12,658 nt of DNA from Candidatus Thorarchaeota archaeon (GTDB taxonomy: Archaea; Asgardarchaeota; Thorarchaeia; Thorarchaeales; Thorarchaeaceae). The stretch spans positions 1-12,658 of the forward strand of contig JBHLQM010000077.1 in NCBI GenBank assembly GCA_048884785.1, written 5' to 3'. Positions within the stretch are counted from its first letter, which is position 1; the number at the start of each line of letters is the position of its first letter. This document shows, piece after piece, positions 6,805 to 12,658 of the stretch. Made by a program: the position numbers and the translations under genes. The notes under the pieces were generated by a model that was given only the letters and a program-made list of their open reading frames with translations, had not been told where the DNA came from and made no database searches.

Positions 6805-7758
6805 ATGACAATTAGTGTGAATGAGAAGGCACTCGAGATTGTTGAAGAGATGATGAACAATGCTGATAGACTAGACTGCACCGTGAGCAAACAGGATAAT
6901 GGAACCACCATTATTGATGCAGGAGTAGAGGTCGCTGGCACAAATGAACTTGGTAGACTACTTGGTGAAGTGTGCCTGGGTGGCTATGGTGTGGTCAAGC
7001 TCTCAGAGACGACTATTGGAGATATGACCCTCCCGTGTGTGATTGTTTCTACTGATGAACCGGCAATCGCCACGATGGGCTCGCAATATGCGGGATGGGT
7101 AATTAACGTCGACAAGTATTTTGCCATGGGTTCAGGACCTGCTCGCGCGCTGTATGCAAAAGAGAAGCTGTATGGAGAGCTGGAGTACAAGGATGATGCA
7201 AAAGTGGGCGTCATCCTTCTAGAGACCAGAGAATTCCCTCCAGAGAATGTCACAGAGCATATTGCAAAGAAGTGTGGCATTGCCACTTCTGACCTCTATG
7301 TAATTGTTGCACCTACTGCGTGTCTTGCCGGGTCCATTCAAATATCAGCCAGAGTAGTGGAGGTTGGGGCTCATAAGCTGCATGAGCTGAAGTTCGATCC
7401 TCGGAAGATAGTCAGGGGACATGGCACTGCTCCTATTGCTCCGGTCGTCAAGAAAGACACCAAGGCCATGGGGATTACAAATGACTGCATACTGTATGGT
7501 GGAAGTACCTACTATGACATTCGTCCAGCTGACGGTGATGACCTAAAGACTCTCACAGAGAAAGCTCCCTCATCCACGTCTGAGCAGTATGGAATGCCAT
7601 TCTATGACCTGTTCAAAGGCTTTGAGTTTGACTTCTACAAGGTAGACCCACTGTTGTTCAGTCCTGCTCAAGTCACGATCAAGAATATTGACACTGGAGA
7701 GGTCTACAAGGCCGGGAAGCTGAATGCAGAGGTTCTGAAACAGTCACTCGGACTGTGA
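6805..7758 (+). CDS. mch: Methenyltetrahydromethanopterin cyclohydrolase
   Basis: ISVNE start, IIDAGV, EVCLGG, MGSQYAGW, MGSGPARAL, APTACLAGSIQISARVVE, TNDCILYGG, DFYKVDPLLFSPA. 11 nt after the fwdC stop with AGGGGT RBS. Confidence 0.97.
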   Translation: MTISVNEKALEIVEEMMNNADRLDCTVSKQDNGTTIIDAGVEVAGTNELGRLLGEVCLGGYGVVKLSETTIGDMTLPCVIVSTDEPAIATMGSQYAGWVINVDKYFAMGSGPARALYAKEKLYGELEYKDDAKVGVILLETREFPPENVTEHIAKKCGIATSDLYVIVAPTACLAGSIQISARVVEVGAHKLHELKFDPRKIVRGHGTAPIAPVVKKDTKAMGITNDCILYGGSTYYDIRPADGDDLKTLTEKAPSSTSEQYGMPFYDLFKGFEFDFYKVDPLLFSPAQVTIKNIDTGEVYKAGKLNAEVLKQSLGL

Positions 7759-9210
7759 TTAAGTCACTTCCAGCTCCTCTATGATTTCAATGGCATCTTC
7801 CTCGGCCGGAGCGATTTCCTCAATCTTAGGAATGGGATATCTGAATCCTACAACAATCATTATGGAGCCGATAAGGGAGACAATTGACATGAGCACGAAT
7901 GTTAGAGGGAATCCAGATTGAGGTAGCAACCATCCAAAGAAGGCTATAAATGGCATAGCAAGCAAGAGCGCTATAGTTGGCTGTAGTGAATAAACACTGT
8001 TCCGAATCTTATTTGGTACCACATCAAGCATGACACGTTGTGTCAGGATGTTTGCGAGCCCACCGAATGCATCTGATACGATAAACAGAACGAACAACAC
8101 AACCACAGGCACCACTGATGCAGCTGGCATCGAGATTATCGCAATATCAGTGAAGGGAATATATAGTCTGACATTATTCACTGCCTCTGGAGGCGGTGGA
8201 AATAGGAATGTTATCCCCGCCAGGACTAGGCAGAAGATAAATCCCAAGAATTGAAAGAATCTGAATCTTGGGACCCACTTGACCGGATCGAATCTGCGAG
8301 CCCAGATTCCGCTTCGTTCTTGCATGAGCGCCTCTGGGAAGAAGACGAGCGTACGGAAAGATGATACAGCTATGTCATTGAACAGATAGGCAAAGTAGAG
8401 CGGGAATAAAGCAAGTGTCCACCATACAGTGCCCATGGTCCAAGTTACGACCTCGCCTAGGAGTACATATGTCACAAATCGTGATGAGAAGAGAAACTTC
8501 ACGCCACCCTTGAGTATGCTACCATACTGCTTGATGGACCTGGATTCACTCTCGTCCCGTGCTCCGGGCAGGTCTTTGACGACCAACATGACAACAACTG
8601 CCAGTCCGACGCATGCCAGGGACTGAGCCATGAAGACAGTTTCTCTGAAAAGAATCGTTGCAATGATGCTTCCAGGAATCAGGACTAATGTTGAAGAGAT
8701 CTGCCAGAGGAAACCGATCTTCCCCCAGAACACTCCATATGCCTTTCGATCTTTATCATTAGGCATAGCAACTCTGTAGTTATTGTCAAACCATGCATGA
8801 AATGCACCGCTCTCTTGCGACGCGCCGAGTCCCATGAGGGCATAGATGGCAATAAAGACAAAGAAATCTGTATCATAGGTTAGAGTTGATGTCAGCCAGA
8901 ATGCAAGTGCATAACATATGAGTGCAGAGGATATGACATACCTTTGCCCAATGTGGTCTCCAAGTGCCCCTGTCGGATAGTCAAACACAACCTGAACACC
9001 GAATTGGATCACAGTTAGAAAGCCGACAAATATGAGCCCATCGAAATAATTGCCTCTGCCGAGCGATTCTGAGATGAAGATGACCCAGAATGTGGTTGAA
9101 ACCTGAAAGACTGCACCAAAGAGAGGGAGGACAACGGCTAGAACTTTGGCCAGACGGAGTCCATCCTCAGTGGCTTCCTCCATTCCAAATAGTCTGGCTA
9201 ACCTGTTCAT
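7759..9210 (-). CDS. Major facilitator superfamily transporter
   Basis: About 12 hydrophobic segments, motif A-like DYPTGALGDHIGQR, and SGAFHAW. AGGGGTGA RBS favours ATG 9210 over GTG 9219. Confidence 0.9.
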   Translation of the reverse strand: MNRLARLFGMEEATEDGLRLAKVLAVVLPLFGAVFQVSTTFWVIFISESLGRGNYFDGLIFVGFLTVIQFGVQVVFDYPTGALGDHIGQRYVISSALICYALAFWLTSTLTYDTDFFVFIAIYALMGLGASQESGAFHAWFDNNYRVAMPNDKDRKAYGVFWGKIGFLWQISSTLVLIPGSIIATILFRETVFMAQSLACVGLAVVVMLVVKDLPGARDESESRSIKQYGSILKGGVKFLFSSRFVTYVLLGEVVTWTMGTVWWTLALFPLYFAYLFNDIAVSSFRTLVFFPEALMQERSGIWARRFDPVKWVPRFRFFQFLGFIFCLVLAGITFLFPPPPEAVNNVRLYIPFTDIAIISMPAASVVPVVVLFVLFIVSDAFGGLANILTQRVMLDVVPNKIRNSVYSLQPTIALLLAMPFIAFFGWLLPQSGFPLTFVLMSIVSLIGSIMIVVGFRYPIPKIEEIAPAEEDAIEIIEELEVT

Positions 9211-9338
9211 CACTGTCACCCCTATGAGTTGCTGTAAAAGGCAGTCGGGCCGCTCATGTTTTGGCTATTAGTATTTGCGTAGTGCGCCAAATTGTCATAT
9301 GCTTATAGAATTGACCCTGTTCATCAGGCCAAATAGAT

Positions 9339-9368
9339 CTGATTCTCTCTCAGGTTCTTGAGAATCAG
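9339..9368 (-). terminator. Hairpin overlapping the aminotransferase stop codon
   Basis: Perfect 9-bp inverted repeat CTGATTCTC (9339-9347) / GAGAATCAG (9360-9368) with a 12-nt loop. Function is inferred only. Confidence 0.35.
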
Positions 9369-10663
9369 TTTCGGATAGCTTTGACAGCAACCTCAATTGC
9401 ATCAATTGTTCTATCCAGATCTCTTGTGGAATGCGAAAAGGATAGTGCTCCAAGGCCATGATATCCAAACACTCCTTCCTCCATAATGGTGCCCTGAAAG
9501 CGGTCAAGCCGATTGCTGTCAAATGCCTCGCCTATCTTTTGAGCTGTGTAGGGAGGCTGTATCATGTTTTTGAGTGCATTTATGAAAACGATGGATCCAG
9601 TTCCAGTCGCCAATGCAATGAACCCGTTGTCACTAAAGAGGGTGTTTATTCTGGAGCGAAATGCATCGCCTCTTTGGTTCAATTTCTGGTACTCGTTTCG
9701 TAGCTTATGGAGCTCACCTAGTGCGGCAATTCCAGTGGCCATGGTGAGAGGGTGACTTGAGAAGGTACCTCCACCGACCCATCGGCTTGCTTCTGCGCCG
9801 GGCTTTGCAAGCGCCATTATATCCTCACGACCACCATATACTCCCAGAGGCATTCCTCCACCGGCAATCTTCCCCAGAGTGATTAGGTCAGGTTCAACTC
9901 CAAATACATTGACTCCAGCAGAACCATAGCATATGCGAAATCCTGTAATTATCTCATCAAATATGAGAAGAATCCCATGTCTTTCGGTCTGCTCACGGAG
10001 GTGTGGCAAGAATTCGGGTTCTGGAGGTAGTCCTCCTCCAGCTCCAAGTACTGGTTCGATTATTACTGCGGCCAGATCATCCTTGTTTTTGGCAAGCATC
10101 TGATCAAAACTTGCAGTATCATTGTAATCGAAAGAAACACCCTCGAAGAATGGATCATCTGTGAATGGATATTTCAGGTGATATCCAAGCGAATCATTCC
10201 CTCCATGCCAACCCCCTCGTGCCTTGGCGACAAGGGGTTTCTTTGTAAACAATCGAGCAAGACGAGTGGCATACATGGTAGACTCACTTCCCGTCGTGCA
10301 GAAGCGCATCTTTCTCAGCATTGGAACTGCTGATTGCATTTTCTCTGCAAGAACTACTTGTGATTCACCCATTCCACCAAAATGAATACCATTCTCAAGC
10401 TGCCTTCGAAGTGCCTTTCCAACTGCTGGATTATTGTGACCCAGTATCTGAGCATAGTGTGTCATCCAGAAATCGATGTATTCGTTGCCATCAACATCCC
10501 AGATATGGCAGCCCTCACCCTTGGCAATGAAGGGAGGATAAGCTCCACATTTATCAAGGCCAAATGTCCTGATATTATGATTGACGCCTCCAGCAAAGAC
10601 TCTCAATGCTCGGTCCCAGAGCTTTGCTGATTTCTGGGTTGCCGCCTTGTATCTCTCGAGCAT
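9365..10663 (-). CDS. Class-III PLP-dependent aminotransferase (glutamate-1-semialdehyde aminomutase-like)
   Basis: WDVDGNEYIDF, ILGH, TGSESTMYATRLAR, IIEPV, LLIFDEIITGFR, PDLITLGKIAGGGMP (PLP lysine), GGTFSSHPL. GGAGGAG RBS. Confidence 0.93.
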   Translation of the reverse strand: MLERYKAATQKSAKLWDRALRVFAGGVNHNIRTFGLDKCGAYPPFIAKGEGCHIWDVDGNEYIDFWMTHYAQILGHNNPAVGKALRRQLENGIHFGGMGESQVVLAEKMQSAVPMLRKMRFCTTGSESTMYATRLARLFTKKPLVAKARGGWHGGNDSLGYHLKYPFTDDPFFEGVSFDYNDTASFDQMLAKNKDDLAAVIIEPVLGAGGGLPPEPEFLPHLREQTERHGILLIFDEIITGFRICYGSAGVNVFGVEPDLITLGKIAGGGMPLGVYGGREDIMALAKPGAEASRWVGGGTFSSHPLTMATGIAALGELHKLRNEYQKLNQRGDAFRSRINTLFSDNGFIALATGTGSIVFINALKNMIQPPYTAQKIGEAFDSNRLDRFQGTIMEEGVFGYHGLGALSFSHSTRDLDRTIDAIEVAVKAIRN

Positions 10664-10820
10664 GGTTTACTCCTCCAAGTGCTCCATAGATAATCCTATT
10701 CAAACATCCGGCTCTTTGAGTCTTCCTAAAGATCTGAAATCATTAATGCGAAGCGAAGAAGAGCTCAGCGCACAATCCATACACTTTATCATCGAATGAT
10801 AGAGGGAGAATCTGAGCAAG

Positions 10821-11099
10821 ATGATGGTAAAGGTTAGATTCCGGGGACCTCTGGCTTCTAGATTGACTACAGAGGTCTTCAAGGTTCAGATGCCAAGTGC
10901 CTCAAACCTCAGAGAACTGCTAGACCTGCTTATCACTCAATATGATGGAGTCAGGAATATATGGGATTCACCTGACCGTGTAGAGAGAGACGTCCTATTA
11001 CTCCTGAATGAAGTGGACATTGGCCTGCTCGAAGGACTAGAGACTATTCTTCATGAGGATGATTTACTGACCATTCTCCCACTGATACACGGTGGCTAA
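10821..11099 (+). CDS. MoaD/ThiS/Urm1-type ubiquitin-like sulfur carrier (SAMP)
   Basis: 92 aa beta-grasp pattern VKVRFRG...LRELLDLL...LLLLNEVDI.LLEGLET.L...D.LTILPLIHGG with a free C-terminal GG. Confidence 0.93.
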   Translation: MMVKVRFRGPLASRLTTEVFKVQMPSASNLRELLDLLITQYDGVRNIWDSPDRVERDVLLLLNEVDIGLLEGLETILHEDDLLTILPLIHGG

Positions 11100-11620
11100 A
11101 CAAATGATGCCCCAGCTCTTACAGCCTTGATGTTGATATCGAGATATTTTTGAGGCACTGAACTTGCTACTGCCTTTTCTAGCGACTCTGTAGATATTTC
11201 TTTCACTAACTTGACAAGCGATCCAAGCATGACCATATTCGAAACTATTCTTTGGCCAATCTCATCTGCAGTTCTCATGGCAGGCACACTGATGACCTGA
11301 AAGTCTTTCTCAATTTGAGATGTATCAACAAGGTCGGGATCGGCTATGACAATACTCTTCGGTTTCGCATCTGAGAGATACATATCTAGCGCCTTCTGGT
11401 TCATTGCAACCAGAATGTCGGATTTTCTGACCTCAGGATAATGTATCTCATCTGTACTGATTATGACCTCGCTCTTCGCGGATGTGCCTCTTGCTTCAGA
11501 CCCGTAGCTTTGGCTCTGCACAGCATTGAGACCTGCATTAATTGCTGCTTGTCCAGCAATGACGGCGGCCAGAACCACACCCATGCCGCCAGTACCTGCT
11601 ATTCTAATCTCCTGCCTCAT
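11096..11620 (-). CDS. korC: 2-oxoacid:ferredoxin oxidoreductase gamma subunit (KorC/KorG-like)
   Basis: EIRIAGTGGMGVV, QSYGSEARG-S-SEVIIS, DILVAMNQKA, NMVMLG, NIKA. Overlaps the beta subunit 3' end by 17 nt. Confidence 0.92.
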   Translation of the reverse strand: MRQEIRIAGTGGMGVVLAAVIAGQAAINAGLNAVQSQSYGSEARGTSAKSEVIISTDEIHYPEVRKSDILVAMNQKALDMYLSDAKPKSIVIADPDLVDTSQIEKDFQVISVPAMRTADEIGQRIVSNMVMLGSLVKLVKEISTESLEKAVASSVPQKYLDINIKAVRAGASFV

Positions 11621-12458
11621 CTATGTCTCCACCCGCAATATTCGAGATCATCTCATTCATAGTTTCAATGAAACTGGGTTCCTCTCTGTCAACAAAGACA
11701 CCCAGGTCAATTCCCTGTTTAGTGGGTACACTATATGTCAATGGGTCATCGGGTTTCCTCACAGGAAGGGTCTTGAACCATTCAAGGAACTTCTGCTGAT
11801 TTCCAACCTTGGCTCGGCGACCATAGGCGGTCGGACATTGGCTAAGCATCTCGATAAAGGTGAACCCCTTACGCTGGAGGGCAGTCTTCATTGCTCTGGC
11901 AGCCTGATTTGGATGAGCGGTAGTCCATCGTGCAACATAGTTCGCGCCAGCCGCAGCGACTAGACGTGAGATATCGAAGGGCCGCTCTGGATTTCCATAG
12001 GGTGTTGTTGCAGTTATGTCGCCTGTAAAGGTGGTACCACTGACCTGTCCACCAGTCATTCCATAGTTGTAGTTGTTGCTGAGAATCACGGTCATGTCTA
12101 TATTACGCCGGGCAGCATGGATAAGGTGGTTTCCACCAATTGTGGCTAGATCACCATCACCAGAAATGACAACCACCCTCAGGTCTGGCCGAACCATTTT
12201 CAGGCCAGTAGCGAAGGCAACCGCGCGCCCATGAGTGGTGTGAAGTGTATCAGCCTTGAAGTGGGGGGATGGAATCCACGCTCCACAGCCAATCCCTGAT
12301 ACAAAGGCAAATCCGTCCAAAGTATCGTGGCCGAGGTCACCGACAGCCTTTAGAAAGGCGTTCGCAAGAGTTCCATTTCCGCAGCCGGGACAGAACGGAT
12401 GTGGAAGGCACTCTTCACGAAGGTAGGGTATTGAGATATGTGGAGCAGGTGTTGTCAC
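11604..12458 (-). CDS. korB: 2-oxoacid:ferredoxin oxidoreductase beta (TPP-binding) subunit (KorB-like)
   Basis: FCPGCG, SGIGC, HTTHGRA, GDGD...NNYNYGMTGGQ (TPP motif), SQCPT. AGGTGA RBS favours GTG 12458 (alternative GTG 12467). Substrate specificity is not certain. Confidence 0.93.
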   Translation of the reverse strand: MTTPAPHISIPYLREECLPHPFCPGCGNGTLANAFLKAVGDLGHDTLDGFAFVSGIGCGAWIPSPHFKADTLHTTHGRAVAFATGLKMVRPDLRVVVISGDGDLATIGGNHLIHAARRNIDMTVILSNNYNYGMTGGQVSGTTFTGDITATTPYGNPERPFDISRLVAAAGANYVARWTTAHPNQAARAMKTALQRKGFTFIEMLSQCPTAYGRRAKVGNQQKFLEWFKTLPVRKPDDPLTYSVPTKQGIDLGVFVDREEPSFIETMNEMISNIAGGDIDEAGD

Positions 12459-12497
12459 TATACTCACCTTATCACTATGATGAGCTTCGATTCCTTT

Positions 12498-12508
12498 CGT
12501 TAATAACG
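12498..12508 (-). promoter_or_regulatory. Palindrome containing a TATA-like element upstream of korB
   Basis: CGTTA-A-TAACG inverted repeat; the minus strand reads TTATTAA about 40 nt before the korB start. Confidence 0.4.
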
Positions 12509-12594
12509 TAGCGATACTAGCTGCTCCCTATTGTTTCCTTTAGCTGTTCATAGATTACTAATATTTCAGAAAAGAGCTTCTCGTAGATTGATTA

Positions 12595-12657
12595 TCACAA
12601 TTTGAGTTCCCAGATTTCTGAGACAAGTTCATGACCAAACATGATACATGGTTCTTC
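12595..12657 (-). CDS. Possible 3' end of an upstream gene (partial)
   Basis: Frame from 12657 reads EEPCIMFGHELVSEIWELKL then TGA TAA. Too short to identify, and the frame is uncertain. Confidence 0.25.
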   Translation of the reverse strand, partial: EEPCIMFGHELVSEIWELKL

Positions 12658-12658
12658 C

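Noticed and set aside
9295-9368. SECIS interpretation of the hairpins after the aminotransferase TGA
   Set aside because: Another TGA follows within four codons, the enzyme is full length, and there is no in-frame internal TGA.

Overview
Archaeal genomic window, mostly housekeeping and metabolic genes. The gene mix, BHB tRNA introns and GGTGA-type ribosome-binding sites fit an anaerobic archaeon, possibly Asgard/Thorarchaeia-like (inference only). Contents in order: 5' part of tRNA-Pro(TGG) with a canonical 37/38 intron (cut by the window edge), a GH13 oligo-1,6/alpha-glucosidase, a small charged ORF, a DUF202-like membrane protein, a TIGR04076-like protein, an ICMT/PEMT-family methyltransferase, tRNA-Thr(GGT), a membrane-anchored surface glycoprotein, a tetrahydromethanopterin C1 module (ftr divergent from fwdC-mch), an MFS transporter, a class-III (HemL-like) aminotransferase, a Urm1/SAMP ubiquitin-like protein, and 2-oxoacid:ferredoxin oxidoreductase beta and gamma subunits. 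The most striking item, not visible in the ORF track, is tRNA-Thr(GGT) split by a 32-nt intron at non-canonical position 53/54 in the T arm. It has a relaxed BHB motif that predicts exactly the correct splice junctions, and the tRNA also has a D-stem mismatch. No CRISPR array, transposase or integrase was seen, and I found no clearly new multi-gene system.
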